64,000 bases of DNA from Acidobacteriota bacterium (lineage in GTDB: Bacteria > Acidobacteriota > Vicinamibacteria > Vicinamibacterales > 2-12-FULL-66-21). Where the stretch lies: the NCBI GenBank assembly GCA_003222675.1, contig QHWT01000068.1:7969-71968 (forward strand). The letters are read 5' to 3'. Position 1 is the stretch's first letter. The number at the start of each line of letters is the position of its first letter. This document shows, one piece after another, positions 49,914-58,282 of the stretch. The notes under the pieces are model-generated. The model made no database searches. It was not told where the DNA came from and saw only the letters and a list, made by a program, of their open reading frames with translations. Position numbers and translations under genes: made by a program.

Positions 49914-50048
49914 GTGGGCAACGGGACCGTAAGCATTCGGTTCTCGGCCACGTGCATCACGATCACTATTGGCGTAGGGGACGTGATTGTCGTGGTCGAA
50001 ATACCATTACACGACGCTAGCTGCTACCTCCACGGCGTGAGGCGTTAG
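49914..50048 (+). CDS. putative 44-aa hydrophobic peptide
   Basis: AGGAGGT 7 nt before GTG; ITITIGVGDVIVVVEIP. Confidence 0.35.
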   Translation: MGNGTVSIRFSATCITITIGVGDVIVVVEIPLHDASCYLHGVRR

Positions 50049-50274
50049 CCTCTGCCTCTTTCTTCAACCGAGCCTTCGCTTGGCGGGCTAGGCCAGCCTT
50101 CCGAGCGATGGCGCTGCGCTGTTCCGGCGCGAGCTTCTGGGCGCGTATTGTGCCGCCCTTCGAGCCTCCCAGCTTTCCAAGCGCGACTGCCATCGGATTC
50201 TTCATCCGAACAGGGGTCGGGAAGGAGATGACCTCCGCAGGCTCTGCCGGCTTTAAGCTTAGGCGCCTAGGCAC
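50017..50274 (-). CDS. small basic KGG-motif ('histone H1-like') protein
   Basis: KNPMAVALGKLGGSKGG..RAQKL.PEQRSAIARKAGLAR; start GTG 50274 or ATG 50205. Confidence 0.72.
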   Translation of the reverse strand: MPRRLSLKPAEPAEVISFPTPVRMKNPMAVALGKLGGSKGGTIRAQKLAPEQRSAIARKAGLARQAKARLKKEAEANASRRGGSS

Positions 50275-50291
50275 AAACCAGTATCGCAGAT

Positions 50292-50477
50292 TCAGTGAGG
50301 CTTTTCCACTTCACGCTTCTTCTGCACGATCATGTCGTCCGTGAGCACAAGCGCCGCTCGGAGCAATTCTAAACTCCGCGCTGTCCGGTTCTCCGGCAAT
50401 GGCGTGGTTGTGGAGATGAGCGTTTCGACCTCTGCGATCATGTTCCGCAGGGCCGTTAACGATGCGCGATCCGTCAT
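50292..50477 (-). CDS. small helical hypothetical protein inside the right transposon end
   Basis: 61-aa ORF MTDRASLTALRNMIAEVETL..SLELLRAALVL, co-oriented with the KGG gene and transposase. Confidence 0.5.
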   Translation of the reverse strand: MTDRASLTALRNMIAEVETLISTTTPLPENRTARSLELLRAALVLTDDMIVQKKREVEKPH

Positions 50478-50589
50478 GCTCTGACGGTAGTACGTCGCGG
50501 TGGTTCGCGCAAGAGGCGACCAACGCATCATTCAGACACTACCAAGTCCTCCGTGGCCCTGGACCGAATACCGGGTACAATGGCTCCCC

Positions 50590-52425
50590 TTGCGACCCAC
50601 GGGTGCCATTGCGTTGGTCCAGCGACGTCCCAGGATCCTCATCATCGCCTTCTCGGCCTCGGTGCTCGTCTTCGTGGCGACGCTGCAGGTTGTGCATTCG
50701 ACCGGCACGCGGCAGCGTGCGCTCGACGCCGCCCAGACGCGTGCGGGCAATCTCGCGTACGTGCTGTCGGAGTACGTCCGCGGATCCTTCGCCAATACTG
50801 ATGCGTCTCTGCGGCAGCTCCTGGTCCACGCGCGGCGCGTCGGCGGTCCACACGCGGCCGCTGAGGCGTGGGATCCGATCCTCGCGGCTGCGAACGCTTT
50901 CCTCCCCGGCGGCGGTTCGATCACGGTCACCGACCGGGACGGACGCATCGTGCATTCGACGCAAAGGGCTCTCATCGGCGCGTCGCGGCGCGACAACAAC
51001 ATGTTCACGCGCCTGGCGACGCTCGATCGCGACGAGCTCGTTGTCGATCGCCCCTTTCTGACCGTCGTCGAACCACGCGAGTACGTGATTCCGATCGGAC
51101 GGCGGCTGACGAACGACGAAGGACGCTTCGACGGCACTGTCGTCGCCGTCTTGCTGCCTGAACACTACCGGGATTTTTTCCGGACGGCGGATGTCGGCCG
51201 CGAGGGGAGCACGTGGGTGTTTCATCCTGACGGCGTGGTCCTCTTTCGCGAGCCATCCACGACGAACCCAATCAACGAGGCTGCCGCAAACAATCCGATC
51301 CTGCAGGCGGCGCAGCGTTCCGGGCAGCAAGGGATCGTCACTGGGCCGCTGCAGCCGGGCGGACCCGCGTTCGTCAGCGCATACAGGGTGATTAGCGAGC
51401 CGCCGCTGATCGTCGGCGTCTCGCTCAGCCGCGACGAGATTCTCGCGGACTGGTATCACCAGCGGCGGTCAGCCTTCCTGGCGTTGAGCGCAGTCGCGCT
51501 CACCCTTGGAGTCATGGTCTTGGCCGTGTTCCGGGAAATGGACGCCCGCGCGCGGGCGGAACAGGACCTCATCGAGGTGCAGCAGCTCGAGGCGGAGCGC
51601 CTGCGGAACACGAACGAGGCCCTGGAAATCGCGCTCGAGAACGAGCAGAAGGCACGGCGCGAAATAGAGGCGGCGAGCTATCTGAAGGACGAGTTCCTGA
51701 TGACGGTATCTCACGAGCTGAGGACGCCGCTTACTGCCATCTACGGCTGGGTGCGCGTCCTGGTCAGCAAGGAGATGACACGCGAGCAGCAGTTGCGCGC
51801 GCTCACGGCCGTCGAACGCAATGCGCTGGCGCAGACGCGACTCATCGACGATCTGCTCGACGTGTCGCGGGCGATCGTCGGCAGGCTCAGGATCGATGCG
51901 CGCCTCGTCAACCTCGCCCGTGTCCTCGATGAAGCGATTGACACGCTGCTGCCGGCGCTGACAGCCAAGTCGATCCAGTTCACCTCGCGCATCGAGCCCG
52001 AGATGGAGCCGGTGTTCGCCGATCCCGTTCGGCTGCAGCAGATCGTGTGGAACCTGCTGTCGAACGCGATCAAGTTCACGCCGGAAGGCGGCACCGTCGA
52101 GCTCCGCGCGTCACGCGTTGGCCCGCACGTGGAAATCGCGGTCAGCGACACGGGCGCAGGCATCGATCCGGAGTTCCTGCCCTTCGTGTTCGAGCGGTTC
52201 CGCCAGGCGGAAGCCGGCACGCGGAGGCGTTACGGCGGGCTCGGGCTCGGGCTCGCGATCGTGAGGCATCTCGCCGAGCTGCACGGGGGGACCGTCACCG
52301 CCGACAGCGCCGGGGAAGGCAAAGGGGCGACGTTCCGCGTGCTCCTGCCGCTCAAGCAGCCCACGGCCGATCTCGCGCACGAGCACGCCGGCGACAAGAG
52401 CCTCGACGACGTGCACGTGCTCTGA
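50590..52425 (+). CDS. membrane sensor histidine kinase (Cache-like sensor, HisKA, HATPase); start uncertain
   Basis: SHELRTPL, NLLSNAIKFT, DTGAGI, FERF, GGLGLGL; two TM helices; ORF-track start 50500 lies inside the transposon TIR region so a downstream TTG was chosen. Confidence 0.88.
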   Translation: MRPTGAIALVQRRPRILIIAFSASVLVFVATLQVVHSTGTRQRALDAAQTRAGNLAYVLSEYVRGSFANTDASLRQLLVHARRVGGPHAAAEAWDPILAAANAFLPGGGSITVTDRDGRIVHSTQRALIGASRRDNNMFTRLATLDRDELVVDRPFLTVVEPREYVIPIGRRLTNDEGRFDGTVVAVLLPEHYRDFFRTADVGREGSTWVFHPDGVVLFREPSTTNPINEAAANNPILQAAQRSGQQGIVTGPLQPGGPAFVSAYRVISEPPLIVGVSLSRDEILADWYHQRRSAFLALSAVALTLGVMVLAVFREMDARARAEQDLIEVQQLEAERLRNTNEALEIALENEQKARREIEAASYLKDEFLMTVSHELRTPLTAIYGWVRVLVSKEMTREQQLRALTAVERNALAQTRLIDDLLDVSRAIVGRLRIDARLVNLARVLDEAIDTLLPALTAKSIQFTSRIEPEMEPVFADPVRLQQIVWNLLSNAIKFTPEGGTVELRASRVGPHVEIAVSDTGAGIDPEFLPFVFERFRQAEAGTRRRYGGLGLGLAIVRHLAELHGGTVTADSAGEGKGATFRVLLPLKQPTADLAHEHAGDKSLDDVHVL

Positions 52426-52469
52426 CCAGCCGTCATTTCATGCGAAGGGCCGAAGATTCCTGGAAAGAC

Positions 52470-53045
52470 TCAGCGCAGCTTCAGATCGCCGGCAAAGAGC
52501 TTCGCACGAACGATGTACTTGCCAGAGCCGGACCACGACAGCGAACGGAAGATCCCGCCGGTCGAACGATTGAATGGCGGCGCCGAAATATCCCCGAAGC
52601 GCACCGACGCTTCAACGCGTCGATAGAGCTCGGCCTTGCCCACGTCGATGGTGACGTCGCCGGCCCACATCGACACGTTCTTGTTTCCCTCGATGTTGCG
52701 CACTTCCAGGTCGCCTGCATTCAGATCGACATCGAGATCGCAGCGCGAGGGCAGGTCGATATCGAAGCGTGCGCCGCTGTTGTGCGGCGCTATCGTCCAG
52801 ATCACTGCGCGCGCGCCCTTGACCTCCACGTCGGCGTGAAGCCGATCCTTCATGGCCGGCTTGGACGAGGACCATCGGACCTGGATGCGGTCGTCCTCGC
52901 GGCCGCGGAGGTGGTAGGCCGCCGCCGCAAGATTGAGGCGCACGCTCCCGCCATGCGTGAACGCGCGGTCGGGGAACCCGGTGGACTGTGTCGGGCCGGA
53001 AACCGCCAAAAGAGCCGCCGCCAGCGCGAGCATCGGGAATTTCAT
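52470..53045 (-). CDS. secreted hypothetical beta-rich protein
   Basis: Signal peptide MKFPMLALAAALLA; repeated AGDL/AGDV/FGDI motifs like adhesin/DUF4097-type beta-solenoids. Confidence 0.6.
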   Translation of the reverse strand: MKFPMLALAAALLAVSGPTQSTGFPDRAFTHGGSVRLNLAAAAYHLRGREDDRIQVRWSSSKPAMKDRLHADVEVKGARAVIWTIAPHNSGARFDIDLPSRCDLDVDLNAGDLEVRNIEGNKNVSMWAGDVTIDVGKAELYRRVEASVRFGDISAPPFNRSTGGIFRSLSWSGSGKYIVRAKLFAGDLKLR

Positions 53046-53093
53046 GAACGCCTCCATCATCTGCATAGAGGACGGTTCGCCCTGCGCGGAAGT

Positions 53094-53339
53094 TCAGTGG
53101 CCTGATGGATCGAGTGGGCTTTGCTGATCGTAGTAGAGAGGTGCAAATGCGGCAGCGCAAAGCGTAGGCCATACTGCAGCACACGCATTGCACTGCCGCC
53201 ACTCGAAGTGGTTTCCTTCGCCGACGCCCGTATCGCCTGCCTCGCACGGGCATCGACGCACCGGCACCCAATCTTCGAGCCTTCTCCCGCCGCGCGAGAC
53301 GGTGCGGCGCTGTGTTTTTCTTCGTTCGACCAGGGTCAT
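53094..53339 (-). CDS. small Cys-containing (CPC..CxxC) hypothetical protein
   Basis: ERR..RR..RGGRR..D then CPC..WRQCNACAAVW. Confidence 0.5.
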   Translation of the reverse strand: MTLVERRKTQRRTVSRGGRRLEDWVPVRRCPCEAGDTGVGEGNHFEWRQCNACAAVWPTLCAAAFAPLYYDQQSPLDPSGH

Positions 53340-53352
53340 GCGCACGACATAT

Positions 53353-53368
53353 AGCAAGTGTGCCGCCA
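53353..53368 (-). promoter_or_regulatory. probable sigma54 promoter
   Basis: TGGCGGCACACTTGCT = GG-N10-GC, 13 nt before ATG 53339. Confidence 0.5.
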
Positions 53369-53537
53369 CGTGGAATTTCCTCGACAATTCGTGAATCAGT
53401 CGATCGGATGTGTGCCGTTGCCGGACAACGCGTTAGCCGAATCGGGCCTCACGCGTCCGTGCAGCCGGGTCATCTGTCGACCGCTTAGCCAACTTTCCGT
53501 CTCATCCATTTCGATGAGCGGTTTGTCTGTCACGACT

Positions 53538-53650
53538 CGATGAACATTGGGAAATTTGTGAATCCGGCGATGAATATTGGGAAATTTGTGAATCCGGTAA
53601 TTCAGTAATTGAAATTACCCAATTACCCGATTCCCCGATTACCCGATTGG
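53538..53650. repeat. AT-rich 30-bp tandem duplication plus ATTACCC[AG] repeats
   Basis: CGATGAA[CT]ATTGGGAAATTTGTGAATCCGG twice (53538-53597), then ATT[AC]CCC[AG] four times. Confidence 0.8.
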
Positions 53651-54529
53651 TCATGTTTCATGCGGGCGGAGGCGGGCCACCCACGCGAGCGCGGTTCGCA
53701 TCGCGTCGTAAAGCTGTGATCGCGCCCCCCTGAAACTGTGATTGCGCGCGTCGATCGCCTGAAACCGGCGATGGGACGTGTCGGGTCCGAACAAGGCGCG
53801 CGCGGCGGCAGCAGGCAGGTAATTGTCGCGCGTGGACTGAATCACGGCGATGGGCATGTCGCCAAGGCGCGGCAGGTATTCGTAGACATCGACGATCACG
53901 CCCTGGCCGGCACGCTCGCCGCGCAACCGCCGATACCAGCGCACGTACTCCTCTTCCTGCGTCAACGCGACCGCCACGACCCCGGCAATGGACTCGCGCA
54001 GCCCGCGCTGGCCCGCCGCGACGACCGATAGTCCGGCGCCGCGCGACACTCCAACGAGCACGACCGGATGGGCAGCACTCAGGTGCAGCACCTGGCGCGC
54101 GGTGTCGATGATCCGCTCGTAATCCGCGGCGAGCCTCGCAGGGGTCGTCACCGTCTCGTGGCCGAGATGCGTCACGTAATCATGGGCGTCAAACCCCACG
54201 ATCGGGTAGCCCAACGCCACGAGATGGCGATACGCGTCGAGATCCTTGCGGTGCATGCCAGCGTCGCCGGTGGCAAACACCAGGAGCGGCCGGGCGTCAT
54301 TGACCGCGCTCGGCTGCGCGTTGGCGAAATGAAGCCGCAGCGGATGCCCATTCAATGTGACGGGACGGTCCGCGACGACCGGCCGTGCGCGGACGGCGCA
54401 GCCGGCAGCCCCGCACACGCCGAAGAGAATGGCGAGAACGGCGAGCCAGGTTCGAGCAGGCCGTTGACAACCACAGCCCGACTGCCAAGTGTCACGTGCC
54501 GAACGCTGAATTTGAATCAGTCTTCGCAT
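53651..54529 (-). CDS. AcvB/VirJ-like alpha/beta hydrolase lipoprotein (start uncertain)
   Basis: ATGDAG, IVGFDA..Y, VLVGVSRGAG nucleophile elbow, NHSF.G; lipobox AAGC; downstream of mprF. Confidence 0.72.
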   Translation of the reverse strand: MRRLIQIQRSARDTWQSGCGCQRPARTWLAVLAILFGVCGAAGCAVRARPVVADRPVTLNGHPLRLHFANAQPSAVNDARPLLVFATGDAGMHRKDLDAYRHLVALGYPIVGFDAHDYVTHLGHETVTTPARLAADYERIIDTARQVLHLSAAHPVVLVGVSRGAGLSVVAAGQRGLRESIAGVVAVALTQEEEYVRWYRRLRGERAGQGVIVDVYEYLPRLGDMPIAVIQSTRDNYLPAAAARALFGPDTSHRRFQAIDARNHSFRGARSQLYDAMRTALAWVARLRPHET

Positions 54530-54574
54530 TCGGCATTCACCATTCGCGATTGACTCGGCTTGTTGAACGATCTG

Positions 54575-57124
54575 TCACGCCTCGCCAACGGCCAGCCTGC
54601 TGTCTTTCGCGCCGCGCGATTGGTCGCGGCCTGGCAGCAGGGCGCTGCCCCAGCTTCCCGCGACGAGCGCGCTCACGTTCGCGAGCGCGATCGGCCACTC
54701 CCCTGCCCGCTGATATGCGAGATAGCGGGGCACCCAGTCGGGATCGAATTTCTGCTTGTAGAAGCGGACCCCCTGGAAGTTGTACCAAGGCTCGCCACGC
54801 CGGAAGAACAACGCCGCCAGCCGCTCGCGAGCGTGCGCGTCGCGATGCTCGCCGACCGACGAGAGCGGCGCCATCCCGAGGTTGAACGTGCGGTAGCCTG
54901 CCTCCTTTCCGTAGAGCAGCAGCGACGTGATCAGGAAATCCATCACGCTCGGCGCATCCGTGCGATACCGCATGAGATCGATCGACAGCTCTTCGCCGCG
55001 TGGTCCCTCGAGCAGGTTGGCAAAGGCGAGAATCCGCCCCTTCGCGCGTGCCTCCTCGACAATCGCGCAGCGGCATCGAGCGATATACTCGCGATCGAAA
55101 TAACCAATCGAGAACTGCCGTTCGACCAGGTGCCTGCCGTCCAGCCACGCCCTGGAGATCTGTTCCAGCTCAGACATGCGCGCCTCGACCTCGCACGTCT
55201 CCATGATGCGAAACGCGACGGCCTCGCGCTCGGCGCGACGGATGATCTGCCGCGTCATCTTTCCCGCATGCCCCTGGGTGGTGACGCGATCCAGGCGCAC
55301 GTTCGCCTCTTCCCCGAGCTTGAACAAGTGATAACCGCGATCGTGGAGCAGCGGTATCCAGTCCACCGACACCTGATAGAACAGCGGACGGCGATCGAGA
55401 TCGGCGGCGAAGGCGAACAGCGCGTCCATGAACGCGCCGCGCTCCGCGAGGGCTTTGACCACGGGGTCGGAAAAGACGACGAGATAGGGCCCAATCGTGC
55501 GATAGAGGCAGAAGCCGCGTCCCTCATCGAAGAAGACGGACTTGTCGCCCACGGCCACCATCATTGGCGTCGTCCCCGACCCGAATGCCGCGTGTTCCTG
55601 GAGCGCGCGCGTGATATCGCGTTCCGCGGGACGCTGAAAGTGGACAGGAGTCCGGAGCAGCACGTAAAGGGATGCGGTCACGACCACGAGCAGCATCGAC
55701 GCGGCGCTGCGCAGGAACCTGGCGGACTGGAAGTGGTAGCCGATCGCGTTCCATCGGGCGAGCGCCGCTCCACTCAGATGATGCGAGAACGTGCCGAATG
55801 TGAGGAACAGCAGGAATGCGGTGACGCCGAGACCGAGGTCGGCCCATTCCAGCCAGTCGCCGCCGCTCGCGCGATCGAAGAGGCCGGCCTGCGACCACGC
55901 CGCCGCGCCCACCGTCCCGAGCGCCAGGCTCTCTTCCCAGTCCAGTCCCTTCAGGATCGACGCGAAGCCGGCGAGCAGCAGCAACGCAATCGTCGCCTTG
56001 TACGCGGCCGTATATCCCCGTGCCAGGCCGCGCGCGAGTACGAGGAGGAGAAGGCCCGCGAGCGCCGCCGTCAGCTGGCCCAATTCCACGAGCGGCAGCG
56101 GCACGTACTGTTGCATCAGCACGAGGCGCGCGTGCAGCGCGGGCGATGCGCTGCTGAGGACGATGAGGACGCCGGCGCCGCCCACGAGGCTCGCGATGAT
56201 GCGCCGCGCGACGTCGACGCGACGTGAAGACCGGCGCGTCGCCCACGAGAGGAGGACGAGCGACGCGGTGAACCACGGCGCGATGTAATAGATGAAGCGA
56301 TACGCGGTGAGCGCCGCCGCGCTGACGCTCTGGTCGAACGGCAGCCGCGCGATCCAGAACGCATCGCTGCTGCCGAAGCCGCCCGGCACGAGGCTGACCA
56401 GCCCGATCACCTGCCCGAAGAAGAACGTGTCGATCAGCCGCAGCGCCGGCGCGTCGATCCTCGTCGCATACAGGCACGCGATGAAAGCCACGGCGGCGAA
56501 CAGCCAGTCGGTCCAGCCCACGATCGCGAGCTCGATCGTCCGCGCGGATCCTGCCGGAGCGCCGGCGAAGCGCTCCGTGCGCTGTGCGATCGCCCGCCCG
56601 ATCCACGCGGCCGCCATGACGAGCAGGAGCGCCGCGATCGCCAGCATCACCATGCCGCCGCCCACGCGCGCAATCAACAACGCCGCCAGCGTCCAGCCCA
56701 CAAGGCCGGAGGTGAACGCAATGACCACCGATACGATCCCCGCGTGCAGCTCGGCGAGGTCGTCGACGCGGCTTCGGTAGAGCCACAGGCGTATCGCGGG
56801 GCCGGCGAGCGGACCGAGCGTCAGGAAGTTGCTCCAGCAGAACGCCACCGCGCCGAACCGCCAGCGCTCGAAAGGCCTGGTGCGCGTGTGGCGGAACGCC
56901 AGGACATCGTAGAAGCCCATGATGGTCACGTTCAGGATCGTCGCCACCGCCGCGAGCGTCAGCGCTCCGGCATCGAGCGAATGCAGTGCTGCACGAAAGT
57001 CGCGCGTGTGAATGCCGCGCAGCGTGTGCCACGACACAGCGAGCACCAACCCGAAGAGCGCGAAGCCCCAGATGCGTGCGGCGTGCGCGACGATCCACTT
57101 CCACGCGTTGTCGAAGGCGATCAC
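54575..57124 (-). CDS. mprF: bifunctional aminoacyl-phosphatidylglycerol synthase/flippase
   Basis: VPGGFG, YRFIYY, LKGLDWEE, GDKS, DPV, KLGEEA, FSIG, SIDLMR, MDFL, FNLGMAPL, YNFQG..YK.KF.P.W.PRY; GTG overlaps upstream TGA. Confidence 0.92.
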   Translation of the reverse strand: MIAFDNAWKWIVAHAARIWGFALFGLVLAVSWHTLRGIHTRDFRAALHSLDAGALTLAAVATILNVTIMGFYDVLAFRHTRTRPFERWRFGAVAFCWSNFLTLGPLAGPAIRLWLYRSRVDDLAELHAGIVSVVIAFTSGLVGWTLAALLIARVGGGMVMLAIAALLLVMAAAWIGRAIAQRTERFAGAPAGSARTIELAIVGWTDWLFAAVAFIACLYATRIDAPALRLIDTFFFGQVIGLVSLVPGGFGSSDAFWIARLPFDQSVSAAALTAYRFIYYIAPWFTASLVLLSWATRRSSRRVDVARRIIASLVGGAGVLIVLSSASPALHARLVLMQQYVPLPLVELGQLTAALAGLLLLVLARGLARGYTAAYKATIALLLLAGFASILKGLDWEESLALGTVGAAAWSQAGLFDRASGGDWLEWADLGLGVTAFLLFLTFGTFSHHLSGAALARWNAIGYHFQSARFLRSAASMLLVVVTASLYVLLRTPVHFQRPAERDITRALQEHAAFGSGTTPMMVAVGDKSVFFDEGRGFCLYRTIGPYLVVFSDPVVKALAERGAFMDALFAFAADLDRRPLFYQVSVDWIPLLHDRGYHLFKLGEEANVRLDRVTTQGHAGKMTRQIIRRAEREAVAFRIMETCEVEARMSELEQISRAWLDGRHLVERQFSIGYFDREYIARCRCAIVEEARAKGRILAFANLLEGPRGEELSIDLMRYRTDAPSVMDFLITSLLLYGKEAGYRTFNLGMAPLSSVGEHRDAHARERLAALFFRRGEPWYNFQGVRFYKQKFDPDWVPRYLAYQRAGEWPIALANVSALVAGSWGSALLPGRDQSRGAKDSRLAVGEA

Positions 57125-57921
57125 GTCCGGCCGCCCTTCGCCAGATTCTGCTGAATCCACGCGAGCCCTGCGAAGTACGCCGTCCGGAGCTCCTGCCGGC
57201 GATCCGTGAACCGATGGTTGCTCGCGTCGATCAGCGTGAGCTGCTTCGGCTCGCGCGCCGTCGCGAGAAACCGCTCATAGTCCGCCTCCGAGACGTATTC
57301 ATCCTTTCTCGACTGAATCATGAAGAGCGGCAGCGGCGAGACCGATGCGATCACCGCGGCGGGCGCAAACGACGGCTCGTCCGCATCGTGCTTCGTGAAC
57401 CACGCGCTGATGTCGGTCCACCGCCACGCGAGCTCCGCCGTCGGCGGAAGCCCCATCGTGATCACGCCGTCGATCCACTCGTGGTTACGGCGATCGGACG
57501 CCGCGAGCACCGCGAGCGCAGCCCCTTCCGAAACGCCGGACACTATCACCGGGCGCGTGAGAAGCTGTTTCTGTTCGAGCAGCTCGGCGATGACGTGAAA
57601 GTCGCCCGGAGTCTCCGCAGCCTCGAGGTGGGAGTTGCCCGATGTGAAGGACGACAAATATTGCCTGATGTTCACGCCGACAACGAGGTAGCCCTGCTCG
57701 GACAGCGTCTCGGCCATCGAGACGGCGAGGCCGACCCAGCCGACGTCGCCGCTGCCCATGACAACGGTGCCGCGTCGCCGTTCACCCTGAGGCTGGTAAA
57801 CCGCGAGCGTCAGCGTTCTGCCGCGGACGTTGACATCGAGCTTTTCGGATGAGGCTGCGGTTGCAGCGGCAGGCAGAGCCAGCGCCAGGAGCCATGCCCC
57901 CGCGACGCGGGAAAAGTACAT
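57121..57921 (-). CDS. AcvB/VirJ-like secreted alpha/beta hydrolase
   Basis: Signal peptide; SGDVGW, VVGVN..Y, GVSEGA, NHRF. Confidence 0.78.
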   Translation of the reverse strand: MYFSRVAGAWLLALALPAAATAASSEKLDVNVRGRTLTLAVYQPQGERRRGTVVMGSGDVGWVGLAVSMAETLSEQGYLVVGVNIRQYLSSFTSGNSHLEAAETPGDFHVIAELLEQKQLLTRPVIVSGVSEGAALAVLAASDRRNHEWIDGVITMGLPPTAELAWRWTDISAWFTKHDADEPSFAPAAVIASVSPLPLFMIQSRKDEYVSEADYERFLATAREPKQLTLIDASNHRFTDRRQELRTAYFAGLAWIQQNLAKGGRT

Positions 57922-57982
57922 GCGAATCTCCCGCCTTTCGTGGCGGCAGCCGTGGGGGCGTGGATACAGAGTAGCGTACCTC

Positions 57983-58161
57983 CGGGGTGCGGGGCGCGGG
58001 ATGCGGGGCGCGGGGTGCGGGGCGCGGGATGCGGGGCGCGGGGTGCGGGGCGCGGGGTGCGGGGCGGGGGGCGCGGAGTGCGGGGTGCGGGGTGCGGGGC
58101 GGGGGGTGCGGAGTGCGGGGAAGATGTGGGGGGCGCGGGGTGCGGGGCGCGGGGTGCGGGG
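57983..58161 (+). repeat. G-rich heptamer tandem array GCGGG[GA][TC]
   Basis: About 180 nt of GCGGGGT/GCGGGGC/GCGGGAT units between divergent genes. Confidence 0.9.
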
Positions 58162-58282
58162 AAGATGTTCGACAGTTCCGTCCAGCGCGGCGCGCCGGCC
58201 ACCTTTCGCCTCGAACAGGTGATCGACCAACCGACCAACAGCCGTGCTTGCAACGCGCGCGCAACTACCCGACAGTTGAGGC

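Larger units (their letters stand above)
46983..50543. mobile_element. IS1-family transposon with passenger genes (3561 bp)
   Basis: TIRs GGTAGTGTCTGAATCGTGCGTTGGTC (46983-47008) and reverse complement of 50518-50543 match 24/26; AAGTCCTC direct repeats at 46975-46982 and 50544-50551. Confidence 0.93.

Noticed and set aside
50500-50589. Listed start of the histidine kinase
   Set aside because: Runs through the transposon right TIR and target duplication
53538-53597. 30-bp direct repeats as a mini-CRISPR
   Set aside because: Two adjacent copies with no spacer and no cas genes in the window
54560-56227. 555-aa plus-strand ORF and similar long overlapping ORFs elsewhere
   Set aside because: Antisense or alternate-frame shadows expected in high-GC coding DNA
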